Assembly: GCA_035221665.1 (NCBI GenBank)
Contig: CM069147.1
Span: 12,524,001 to 12,588,000 of the forward strand
Length of the DNA stretch: 64,000 nt
Source of the DNA: Okamejei kenojei
Taxonomy: Eukaryota
Reading direction: 5' to 3'
Shown piece after piece: positions 52,847 through 64,000 of the stretch (position 1 is its first letter; each line of letters begins with the position of its first letter). A model generated the notes under the pieces. It had not been told where the DNA came from. It made no database searches and saw only the letters and a list, made by a program, of their open reading frames with translations. A program made the position numbers and the translations under genes.

Positions 52847-53047
52847 NNNNNNNNNNNNNNNNNNNNNNNNNNNNNNNNNNNNNNNNNNNNNNNNNNNNNN
52901 NNNNNNNNNNNNNNNNNNNNNNNNNNNNNNNNNNNNNNNNNNNNNNNNNNNNNNNNNNNNNNNNNNNNNNNNNNNNNNNNNNNNNNNNNNNNNNNNNNNN
53001 NNNNNNNNNNNNNNNNNNNNNNNNNNNNNNNNNNNNNNNNNNNNNNN
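52847..53047. other. Assembly gap
   Basis: Run of N. Confidence 1.
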
Positions 53048-53141
53048 TTCTTTTCCCGGCAGTCCAATCTCGACCACATGGTGGCGCTGATGGTCTTAGG
53101 TAGTCTTCCTCATACCTGCAACAGGGAAACATAACTTGGAG

Positions 53142-53340
53142 GGTACACAAAAAGCTGGAGAAACTCAGCGGGTGCAGCAGCATCTAAGGAGCGAAGGAGA
53201 TAGGCGACGTTTCGGCTGAAGAAGGGTCTCAACCCGAAACGTCGCCTATCTCCTTCGCTCCTTAGATGCTGCTGCACCCGCTGAGTTTCTCCAGCTTTTT
53301 GTGTACCCTCGATTCTCCAGCATCTGCAGTTCCTTCTTTA
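53142..53340 (+). mobile_element. Penelope pLTR-derived fold-back element with 15-bp TSD and hammerhead core
   Basis: Perfect 77-bp inverted arms at 53139-53215 and 53234-53310. TSD AAACATAACTTGGAG at 53127-53141 and 53341-53355. Confidence 0.85.
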
Positions 53341-53915
53341 AAACATAACTTGGAGACATGCAGTCCACTTTATCTCCCTTCCTCACCCTTTTCTTTCTTC
53401 TTTTTTTGTTCTATTTCGTTCATAATATAATCACCATTTTAATATTATTGCCTATGTACTACTAACAGTTATATTGAAGACGATTTCTTATTTTATCTTA
53501 CAAAGATTTCCGCGCTGTATCTCTAAATCTAAAGATAGAAGATTTGATTTTCACAATCTATGACTAGTGGCTGTGACTAGTGGTGTGCCTCAGGGTTCAG
53601 TGCGAGGCCCATTGTTCTTTGTGGTTTATAACACCAAATTGAATGAGAATGTAGAAAATGATTAGTAAATTGAGGTCGGAGGAAGAGGATGATCTTGTTG
53701 AGGTCTATAAAACCATGAAGGGAATAGATGGGGTAAAAACACAGTATTGTACCCAGAATAGAGGAAGAACCAGGGTTTTAAGTTTAAGGTGAGAAGGGTA
53801 AGATTTAATAGGAACCTGAGGATGGTGAGTACATGGAAGGAGCTGCCAATGGAGGTAGTTGAAGCAGGTACTATAATAACATTTAAAAGACATTTGGACA
53901 GATACGTGAATAGGA

Positions 53916-54097
53916 GATAGCCAAAAATGCTGGAGAAACTCAGCAGGTGAGGCAGCCTCTATGGAGCGAAGGAAATAGGCAACGTTTCGGCCCGAAACAT
54001 TGCCTATTTCCTTCTCTCCATAGACACTGCCTCACCCGATGATTTTCTCCAGCATTTTTGTCTACCTTCGATTTTCCAGCATCTGCAGTTCCTTCTT
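53916..54097 (+). mobile_element. Penelope pLTR-derived fold-back element inserted in a CR1 fragment (53570-54225)
   Basis: Imperfect palindrome centred near 53991. TSD ATAC(G/A)TGAATAGGA at 53902-53915 and 54098-54111. Confidence 0.8.
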
Positions 54098-54476
54098 ATA
54101 CATGAATAGGAATGGTTCATAGGGATATGGGCCAAACACGGGTAGGTTGGACTATAGTATACATGGGTATCTTAGTTCGCATGGGCAAGTTGGCTGAAGG
54201 GCCTGTTTCTGCGCTGTCTGACTTTGGACTCTGACTCGCTGGAATACAAAAGTGGACACAGTCAAAGCTTGATCCTGTGTAAGAGGGAAGTGCAGATGCT
54301 GGTTTAAACCGAAGATGGACACACAAAGCTGGAGTAACTCAGCAGGACAGGCAGCACCTCCAGAGAGAAGGAATGGGTGATGTTTTGGGTCGAGATCCTT
54401 CAGACTGGTTAGGGATAAGGGAGATGAGAGATATAGACAGTGATGCGGAGAGATAAAGAACAATGAATGCAAGCAT

Positions 54477-54982
54477 TAGTAAGTAAGTAAGTTTATTGGC
54501 CAAGTATTCACATACAAGGAATTTGCCTTGGTGCTCTGCCCACAAGTAACAACATGACATACAGTGACAGTTACGAATGACTCAGAAAACACTAAACATT
54601 AATAATAATAAAACATTTATGATAAAACACCACTGATCAAGCATGTGAACGAACAAAACGTGGATAAAAACTGTTTTTATGTCTGGCTGTGGCAGCTTTG
54701 ACAATCCGGAGTCACCTTCCAGAGGGAAGTGATTCAAAGAGTTTGTGGCCAGGGTGAGAGGGGTCAGAGATGATTTTGCCCGCTCGCTTCCTGGCCCTTG
54801 CAGTGTACAGTTCATCAATGGAGGGAAGGTTGCAGCCAATAATCTTCTCTGCTGATCGGACGATTGGCTGCAGCCTCCAGGTGTCGTGCTTGGTGGCTGA
54901 GCCAAACCAGACCATGATGGAGAAGGTGAGAACAGACTCTACGATGGCCGTGTAGAATTGGACCATCATTGCCTGTGGCAGA
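54477..54982 (-). mobile_element. Rex1/Babar-clade LINE 3' fragment
   Basis: FYTAIVESVLTFSIMVWFG...AEKIIG...DPSHPGHKLFESLPSGR, with a (CTTA)n tail. Confidence 0.88.
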
Positions 54983-55149
54983 TTCCCACCACAACCGACA
55001 CTTCACACCCACTCACAGCCTGACCTCAGTCTGCAAAGACCGTGCCTTTTTACACCCACCCCCTCCAATCACCACTTCACACCAAATCATCCACACCCTC
55101 TGTGCTGCACAACATAACTTTTCCAATATCAACAATACAAATAGCATTA

Positions 55150-55774
55150 GCGGAAATCGCTATCAAAACATTGGGGGGAGGCGACCACCACCCCCCTGCC
55201 CACACACCCCTTTCCCTCCCCCACACACCACCCCACTCCCCCTCACCTCCCTCCCCCCACACCCCCCCTCTCCCATGGGGAGAGTTTCTGGCGGGGGAGC
55301 ATCCTGCAACTGGGGATGGAATGACCCCAGGCAGGGGCTGGTGAGGGGGGGGGGGGCGTTCTGCAGCAGGGAGGGGGATGGCATCAGGAGGGGGCTGTCG
55401 GGGGCCGGGGGGGGAGGGTCCTTCAGCGGTAGGCCATGGCAGCGCTGCCCCCACCGGCCCCCGACAGGCCCCGCCTGAAGAATGCAACAAGAGACGCAAC
55501 ACATACAAACCTCCCCTCCCAACACACACACCCCTCCCCCCCCACACCACGCTCTCCCCCCTTCCACCTCCATCCCCCTGTCCACACACATCCCCACTCC
55601 CCTCCTCCCCTCCTACCGCAGATGAAGAGGAAGGGAGGGGAGTGCTGGGGGTTGAGGGGAAATGCGCAGTTAGGGGCTATGGGTGAGTGGTGGAATATTG
55701 TATTGGGGATTGGGTTGCGTTGGGGGACCAGGCCACCCCTGGGACTGGGACCCAACGGGTCCCACTTAGTCTAG
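55150..55774 (+). mobile_element. Non-autonomous Helitron (3' end clear, 5' end uncertain)
   Basis: Hairpin GGGACCC-AAC-GGGTCCC (55747-55763), then a 7-nt spacer and CTAG|T (55771-55774). The interior is C-rich low-complexity sequence. Confidence 0.75.
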
Positions 55775-55945
55775 TTAACCTACAAACCTGTACGTCTTTG
55801 GAGTGTGGCAGGAAACTGGGGCACCCGAGGAAAACCCCTGCAGTCACAGGGAGAATGTACAAACTCCATACAGACAGCACCCACAGTCAGCATTGATCCT
55901 GGTTCTATGGCACTGTAAGGCAGTAACCTGACCACTGTGTCACCC
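55775..55945 (-). mobile_element. V-SINE, 5' part
   Basis: V-domain and tRNA-like head. Confidence 0.8.
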
Positions 55946-56714
55946 TGGAAAAATAATTTTAAGAATAAACTTTTTTTTGTGGCTGAATCATTGAAACACT
56001 GAAACAACTTTACGCCCTTGTGAGTGAACAATGCTAATAGTTGAATACCAGAGGTTGAGTAAAAATTCTTCATTTCAAATTTACACAACATTGGAACAAT
56101 CTGTTGCCTTGTGCAACGACCTGCAGATGCTGCATGCAGTAAATAATCTGTACCTAACCACAGCGCAGAGAGGGCAGGTGGGCATGTTTCATAGAGACCT
56201 CAGGTCTATTTATATAAACACCAGCATGAAATGCATTCTTGGCTGAAGATTCATACTAAATAAACTTCAAAGTTCCAAATAAAATGTGCCGTTGTCAGGG
56301 CTAAATATTATGAGGTGAAAGAGGTTTATTCCCTGACGAGTAAGCACAAGGAAGAGAAATAGTAAAAGGCTCTGAAAACACTTACACGCGAATGTTTCAT
56401 CTCCGTGGACTGCACATTTGTAAGTGTGTTTCTTCATCTGCTGGCTTTCATACAGCTCTGCGGTCGGCCCTGTGTAACATAAGCTGTATGATGATACTGT
56501 TTTGTATCCTGCCATGTGGAACCTGTAAAATGGATTGTGATGAATTGGCCTCTTACAGGCAATTATTCAAAGTTTTCACCATAAGCTCAAAAATGGTTAC
56601 ATTTATAGTCATACGGCCTGGAAGCAATCCCGACAGCTGAACCTGTCCATGCTGACCACGATGCCTCTCCAAGCTAGTCCCATTTGCCCATGTCTGACCC
56701 ACATCCCTCTAAAC

Positions 56715-56975
56715 CAGTGGTTCTTGTTGTGGGTGGTACTGCCCCCTGGTGGGCGGTGGAATTACCTAGAGTGGGCAACTAAAAAGTTGTAATTGTATTT
56801 TTAATAAATGTGCAAATAATTGTTACCATTTTGAATTTTATTGTATTATTATCTTCTTGGTGAGTCATGTAAACCGCTATTCTGAATAATGCTCTTTATA
56901 GGGTAGGTTTGGGAGCACTGAGAATTAGTTTATGGACCCAAGAAGGTGGTGGCCAAAAAAGATTTGGGACCACTG
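56715..56975. mobile_element. hAT (Charlie-like) MITE inside a CR1 fragment (56640-57145)
   Basis: CAGTGGT(T/C)C termini, with degenerate 8-bp TSDs CTCTAAAC / ATCTAATC resembling the NTCTARAN target. Confidence 0.7.
56739..56752 (-). promoter_or_regulatory. Candidate CTCF-binding motif
   Basis: Minus strand reads CCACCAGGGGGCAG, matching the CTCF core consensus. Motif match only. Confidence 0.5.
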
Positions 56976-58007
56976 ATCTAATCCTCTCCATGTAGCTGTC
57001 CAAATGTCTTTTAAATGTTGTTATTCTACCTGTCTCAATCACTTCCTCTGGCAGCTCGTCCACATACTTACTACCCTCTGTGTGGAGAAAAGGTACCTCT
57101 CAGTTTCCTTTTAAACTTTTCCCCTCTCGTCTTGAACTCATGCCCTCATTTCAGAGTTTGTGTGCTCTATTTTTAAATTGAATCATGCATTCACTTAACA
57201 GATACTAAAAGTTTTTTCAATAATACAATCTGTATTAAATTAACAAATCAGACAGCACCCTAGTCGTCGTACTAGTTTCACTGTCGTCCAGTTGAGTTTC
57301 ACTGTTTGTTTCACCTAGCCCACAGCCAACAATGGACCATTGTGTGCGCCACCTTTCCTTGATTATCGTTACCTTTTGCATATCTTTCATTCATTTGCTC
57401 TATATCTCTCTATATCACCAGCTGTATCTCCTATTTGCTTTTCCCCTGACTCAGTCTGAAGAAGCGTCTCCACCAGAAAAGTCACCTATTTCTTTTCTCC
57501 ATCTGATGCTTTCTGTCCTGCTGAGTTAGTCCAGCTTTTTGTGTCTATCTTTGGTTTAAACCAGCATCTGCGGTCCCTTTCTACATGGAACGATCAAGCC
57601 TTGTAATTGTCCTTAAATCTTCTTGCAGGATCACGGATCCATTTCATTGTCCCTTTGGTTTGATAGAAATCCACTCTCAATTACTGAAAACACACGGGCA
57701 GCTTAATAATGAAATATAAATGAAATTCAACTATTAAAATGGTAAATGTGTAGAGCAATAATGGTGACACCTTTGTTCTTCCATTGTCCATTGAACAATA
57801 GCCCATGGTTCAACTTAATCCAATTTTCTCTTGTAAAGAATCTGAACCCGAGATATGTGGCTGTCACTTCTGTTTAGAGGAAAGGTCCCGACCCGAAACG
57901 TTCCCCCATCGACTTTCTCCAGAGATGCTTCCTGACCTCCTGAGTTACTCAAGCATTTTGTGTCAATTTTGTATACCTTCCATACTTGGGGTTCTGTGTA
58001 TCTTTAG

Positions 58008-58301
58008 ACTTTAGACATACAGCGCAGAAACAGGCCCTTCAGCCCATCGAGTCAGTGCCGACCAGCGATCACCTGTATTCTAGCACTATCATACACACTA
58101 GGGACAATATACAATTTTTACCAAAGCGAATTAACCTACAAACCTGCACGTCTTTGAATTGTGGGAGGAAACTGGAGCACCTGGAGAAAACCCACGTGGT
58201 CACAGGGAGAATGCACAAACTCCATTCAGACTGCCCCCATAGTCAGGATCGAACCCTAGTCTCCGGCATTGTAAGGCATCAACTCTACCGCTGCGCCACC
58301 C
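58008..58301 (-). mobile_element. V-SINE
   Basis: Same family as the other copies. Further copies lie at 59560-59800 (-), 60698-60945 (-) and 62149-62315 (+). Confidence 0.85.
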
Positions 58302-58618
58302 TTAAACAAATACAAATACAATATCATAAGGGATTTTTTCTTGTACTAAGAGCTTTTCCTTAATTTGTAATTCTTATGCACGTAAATGGCTGTTAGGGGT
58401 ATGAAGCACTATTGTTGGTTTGAAAGCTTCTGGTCACCATGTAAGCAACTGATTTGGCAGGTACTTCAGTTTACCAGCTGAAGGGTTATTAACGATTATA
58501 ACTCCCGCTTTCCACTGAAGAGCTACAGTAAGTGCTTGTGGTTTCATGGATCACCATTCTTTTTGCTGTCGCAGCCCCCCTCACGTATAACAATTTGTGC
58601 ATCTGCCTTTGTTCTCAG

Positions 58619-58678
58619 GTGGAAAGTTCTTTCAGTTACTTGGAGATCAGTGCAATTGATGTCGCTGATCACAATCAG
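58619..58678 (+). CDS. CARMIL2: CARMIL2 coding exon 4
   Basis: tctcag|GTG...CAG|gtgagt. Translates VESSFSYLEISAIDVADHNQ, containing the CARMIL FSYLE(I/V) motif. The paralog assignment rests on CTCF-CARMIL2 synteny. The gene continues beyond the window. Confidence 0.9.
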
Positions 58679-58909
58679 GTGAGTGTTTCAATTCTTGCTC
58701 TAAGTAAAGCCTCTATTTGTACGCGCTTAACAACACAAAAGTTGTTGTAAAGCATAACAATAAATGTGCTCTACAACCAGTTGGTTGTTTAATATAATGC
58801 TTGTCAAATACATAATACATAATCATAAGTTCGAAGATTTGTTATCAGTTCTAAAAAGTTAAAAAATCTTGAGAAAACCTGCTACTGATCTCTGCAAAGA
58901 AAGAATTGA

Positions 58910-59240
58910 GAACTGCACAGCACAGGAATAGGCCCATTGGTCCACAATATTTGTGTCAAGTATGATGCCAATTTAAACTGATCTCATCTGCCTGTACATG
59001 ATCCATATCCCTCTACTCCCTGTACTTCCATATGCCAATCTAAAAGCCTCTTAAACGCCACTATCGTATCTGCCTCTACCACCACCCCTGGCCACGCGTT
59101 TCAGGCCCCAACTGATCTCTGTATAACTTGCCCTACATATCTCCATTAAACTTTCCCCCTCTTACCTTAAAGCTATGCCTTCTAATATTGGATATTTCCA
59201 GTCTGGTTAAAAGGTTCTGACTGTCTACCCATGTCTAATC
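58910..59240 (-). mobile_element. CR1 3' fragment
   Basis: Reverse complement of a CR1 C-terminus and UTR like 32650-32930. Confidence 0.75.
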
Positions 59241-62200
59241 ATTACTGTTATGAGATACATGACTTGCTGTACCATTTTTTATCACATCTCTGATCCGAGA
59301 TGTGAAATATTAAAAGGTGTTTTGTTCATGTTTTGATGAAAGCTACCTCCAATTTATTTTTTTGCTACATATTATTCAAGGTAGAAGACACATTTTGTTG
59401 TTTTAATTTGAAATTATCAAAGATTAATCACTTATTATGATGAAGTACAGAAAATGCATCAGGATAGACACAATGTTCTTCTAGAACTGAGATGAGTATT
59501 TCAAATCTTTTCTATAAGATGTAGACACAAACAATTGCAATGCTGGTTTACAAAAAAAGTCTCAGCGTATCAACAGGCCCTTCAGCCCACCATGCCCATG
59601 CCAACCATAGATCGCCCGTTCACACTAATTCTCCATTATCCTACTTTCTCATTGGGATGTGGGAGGAAACTGGAACACCCTGCAGGAAACCCACGCGGTC
59701 ACGGGGAGAAAGTGCAAACAGCACATGAGATCAGACTCAGGATCGAACCTGGGTCTCTGGCGCTGTGAGGCAGCAGCTCTATCAGCTGCACTATTGCACC
59801 AGTGGTGTGGTTATGATTCGTAATATGCTTTCCAGCAGAGTGCTGGATGCAGGTTTAAGTGTAGCCTTTAAAAGGGATCCAGAAAACTGTTTGGAAACAA
59901 AGAATATTGCAGGAAAATGGGGGAAGGGGATTTGGAGTAGAACAAAATGGATTGTTCTTCAAGAGGGACACTGTAGACTCACCCTGGTGTGTGCACCGTT
60001 CTTTCATTCTGTAATGTTACAACAACAATGACAACAATCATAGAGGTTTAAGAAAACATCACGTCCTGAACTTACCATGTGCTGCGATAAATATTGAATA
60101 AAAAAAATTACTAAGGCATATTCTTGTCTTGATGCAGAAGTCTAAGGCAATTATTTATTTATAAACACAAAATTCAGCTAAATTTGTAACTCTGAATACA
60201 TTACTTTGGACAGAATATACTCATTTGGACAGGTACATGACTAGGAAGGATTTGGAGGGATGTGGGCCAAACACGGGCAGGTGGGACTAGTGTAGATGGG
60301 GCAAGATGGTCGGGTGGACAAATTGGACTGAAAGGGCCTGTTTCCACGCTGAATGACTCGATGAATCTACTTGTTCAAAATGTAATTATGATTACAATAG
60401 TACGCAGTATGTGATTTAAAATCAAAACAGAAATCTGATCATGTGTTCACCCTCAGTAAGCTCATAATTAATTATGTTTTGATTTGGATTTGTGCTCAGG
60501 GTACTTGAGATTGCCCCAGAACCCATATGAGAGGTTGTGTCTGGCACTCTGGGGGGAAAATGCCTGGTTCAAATCTGAAGGACACAGAGTGAGTTCATTC
60601 TGATCGATCCTGAATGACCTCAACATCTGTGCTGTAGCAGTGGAGTTCTATCATCCACAAGCCTGCATTGTGCTGGGGGCAAGCAATGACACATAGACTT
60701 TAGAGATACAGCACAGAAACAGGCCCTTCGTCCATCCAGTCTGCTCCGACCAGCGATCACTCGCACGATCTTACACACGAGGGACAGTTTACAAGTTTTA
60801 CCGAAGCCATTTAACCTACAAACCTGTATGACTTTGGAGGAAACCTGAGATAACCCACGCGGTCAAACTCCACACAAACAGCACCTGTAATCGGATCTCT
60901 GGCGCAATAAGGCAGCAACTCTACTGCTGCGACACCGTTCCTACCCATCGCAGAGCAGATAGCATTCTGCATTCTAAAAGTTCATGAATAAAAGAGCCTT
61001 TGATGAGGTATTTTAAATACCCATTTGGTCCTGTGTAATATGAAATTGAAACATTGACAATTTGGGCATGGGTGAGTCAGCATGGGCAAGTTGGGCCGAA
61101 GGGCCTGTTTCCACATTGTATGATTATTTGACTTGTTGACTCTCTGACACGTTATTGACTCTCTGGTGCGTATTGCAATTTGTAAACTCTCACTATGTTG
61201 TGCCTACATGCAGGATAAAAAACCTGTTTAAGAACTCTGCTATTCAATGTTTGCATCTTGGAATTACAAGGGACAGAAAAAGTTCTGAAGGTGGAAAGCA
61301 AAGGCAGCTTTGTCTGAGAAAAATGCTATTTATGTTACGGCAATACCAGTAAAATGCCAACATAATGCATGCTCTTCTCGATCTGAAACATGGCAGGAAA
61401 TAATTTGCTCAGGTCAAACGATCTTATCACTCAAATGGAAATGCATGCACTACCTCTCAGGTGTAAATACATCACACCGTTTTGAATAACCACTAATTTT
61501 ACTTAGAAGTTCTCTCTCTCTCCCCCTTATTTTTCGATGCACAGCAGCACAAGTACGATTTGTACTACAGATACCTCCAACCGAAAAGGATTTTTTTTTT
61601 TTTTTTAAATGTGACATTAGATTGTATGTGGTAAGTGGGGGGGGGGGGGGGGGGGGTTGGGGGTGTTAAAAAACAATTTCAACTTCCTTTGCTGCCTGGA
61701 AATGCATTTCCTGGTCTGAAACCCATTATGTTCAATCAAACATAAGCAGCTGAGAAAATCTGCTCATCTATCTCTCTACCACGTTGCAAAGCAATGGTCC
61801 TTTTTAAAAAAAACTTATTGTTAAATTTATATTTGAAATGCTGTCGATGCAGATAAAGCTTTTTCACCATTTTACTAATTTGTACTCTAGATGTTTACTC
61901 TTTCCTCGGTATGTACTCAAGTGTACTGTCACTGTCCATTACATGTGTCAGTACTGACACCAAACAACCTCATCGTACCACAGCCAAGTATATATTTTCC
62001 TTTTTTTTTTGCCATGCATAACAAATACAGTGGCGATTTTATTGTCGGTTTGGGTAATACTGATCTTTAATACTGATCTAATAACATGAAGACCAAATAG
62101 CATTTGCATCTTCGTGGGGACGTGGAAAGGAGGAGCTTCAGAAGCTCGGGACGGCACGGTGGCGCAGCGATCGAGTTGCAGCCTTGCAGCGCCAGAGACC

Positions 62201-63449
62201 CAGGTTCGATCCTTACAAAGGGTGCTGTTTGTATGGAATTTGTAGGTTCTCCCTGGGTTTTCAATGGGTGCTCCGGTTTCCTCCCACTTTCCAAAGGCCT
62301 GCAGATTTGCAGGATAACCGTTTTGCCACTATGCCACCCTAAATCATTTTAATAATCCATAAAAATATAAACATTTTGTGCCTATATTCCGTTTTTCCCA
62401 ACAGCTTTGAAATTACAGGTTCTAATCTATTAGTGTGACCAGTGCACCACTAATCAAGGTGTGTGTTGTACGTCTGATATTTTAATACAGCTGTAAAAGG
62501 TCAGTAGCCAGAAATTCTGTTGTGTTGCATTTGCTTTTTAAGCTGTGCATAACTGAACTGCCTCCATTTTATTGAGCTTGTAGGGCAAACCCAGCAAAAC
62601 AATGATGCAAATCATTTAAGATCCTTAACAGCACTTCCTTGTCCATGTTTGCTTGCGTACACAGCAGAGCACAACACACACTGATAACAAAAGTCACCTG
62701 TGCTGTTGCTTCTTTAGAACCTCCCCATTGAAATCCTACCACATTTCAAGTTAGGAAACAGAGCTGGCCACACACAGTATTCAATGTTTTTTACCAGTGC
62801 GTTGATGCATGGTGCCCATGTTATTTAAAGAGCAATCAACCAGGGATAACTTTATTCGAGCATCAAGTGCAGATGACCTCTGATGGTTTCAGAGTCTCGA
62901 GTGTAGCAGCAACTGCTTCCAAACTGTTGGTGAGTACCGGGAAGCCATCTGTTATTTAATACTGTGCTTCTTTCCCATGGCTGTACCTGTGATGCATCTG
63001 CCTGGTGTGCTACATCCCAGTGACAAGACGAAAGGATTCAAAGGTAAAGCAGACTTGCCAGTTGACCTTGAAGGAAAAGGAAAAGCAAAAGATGGGCATT
63101 TGCCCCAAATCCTATTGCTCAGAGTATATTTGGATCACAATCCTACCTTTAGCAGGAGAGGCAGGGTATTTGAAGGTTTAACATTTTTGGAGGCAATAGT
63201 GTCGGGCAAACCGCTGGTATTTCCAGCCATGAACCTTTGTCTAGACTGTGCCTCTAGAGGTAAAGGTCTTTGGCGTTCTAACATTATTAATCTGTAGATC
63301 ATTGCATGGTTAATCTGTGCCGGATTTCACAGTTTACAGCTCACTTCAGCATCAAGGACAGTATCGGCACTTTCCAAACAAGAAAGCAGCACCTTATTTC
63401 TATTCCTCCTTTAGTTAAGAGCAGGAGGCAGTTGTATGTACAGACAGAC

Positions 63450-64000
63450 TTTAACTGCGACCGACCCGAGGCTCCGGAGGTAGAGCCAGCCATGACTTAC
63501 CAGCGCGGGGCTGGCCGACTTCGGGGCTGCTGCGGGTTCAGGCGTTCCGGCGGCCCGACTCGGAGCTGTGGCGGCTTTCCGGTGGCGGTGGCGGCGGCAG
63601 CGACTTCGAGGCCCGGCCGCGGGCCCAGTGGACGACATCGTCGGGAGCTCGCAGGTCACAGGTTGGTGACCTGTTTTTCCGGAGCTCCCGCCACAACAGC
63701 TGCGCCTGCTGGACTGGAGGGTGGCAGCTTCGGCAGCTTCAGCCGCCCTGGGCCGTGGAGTTGAACCGGCCCGCTCGCGGAGCGCGGTTCACCCACAGGA
63801 CGTATTTACATCACCCGGTGTGGTCACAACATCGGAGGCCCGGGTCGCCTCAGCGCAGAGGAAGAGGAAGAGGAAGAAGGGAAGAGACAAAGGCAAGATT
63901 TTTGCCTTCCATCACAGTGAGGAGGTGTCTGGTGAACTCACTGTTAAATATGTGTTTATTGTGTGTTTTTGTTATTTACTATATGTATGACTGCAGGCAA
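63450..64000 (+). mobile_element. Hairpin-bearing interspersed repeat, longer copy 3 with CpG-rich 5' part (runs off the window)
   Basis: 63828-64000 aligns with 6752-6930. The upstream 380 bp is GC/CpG-rich. Confidence 0.65.

Noticed and set aside
54969-55774. Several long Pro/Gly-rich ORFs
   Set aside because: They arise from C/G-run low-complexity sequence inside a repeat, with no splice or homology support.
60500-60588. AG...GTGAGT-bounded segment as CARMIL2 exon 5
   Set aside because: It has a stop in the required phase-0 frame and no CARMIL similarity in any frame. Exon 5 is probably beyond the window.
61589-61665. Poly-T and poly-G runs as functional elements
   Set aside because: Simple homopolymers with no supporting context, and their lengths are unreliable in assemblies.
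62977-63990. ORFs of 106, 152 and 89 aa as genes
   Set aside because: No recognisable domains. The latter two lie in a GC-rich interspersed repeat.

Overview
Vertebrate genomic DNA, by inference from a cartilaginous fish (skate/ray-like repeat landscape with V-SINEs, CR1, L1, Rex1/Babar, Penelope and Helitron elements). There are two assembly gaps (2009-2207, 52847-53047). The + strand carries nine coding exons of CTCF (all 11 zinc fingers through the stop codon at 22576-22578). The large N-terminal exon is not visible in the window. Downstream are the first four coding exons of CARMIL2/RLTPR (34448-58678), the same neighbour CTCF has in mammals. The rest is mostly transposon-derived: a full-length but disabled DIRS tyrosine-recombinase retrotransposon in the last CTCF intron, a Passport-like Tc1 element inside a nested CR1>L1>(Tc1, CR1) stack, two Helitrons, and several MITEs. 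The most notable signal is a 138-bp TSD-flanked retroelement (45868-46005, minus strand) whose first 54 nt fold as a minimal HDV/CPEB3-like self-cleaving ribozyme. Other notable signals are Penelope-derived hairpin elements with hammerhead cores, a 313-bp inverted duplication in CARMIL2 intron 2, and transposon-borne CTCF motifs. All calls come from reading the sequence; no searches or folding programs were run.
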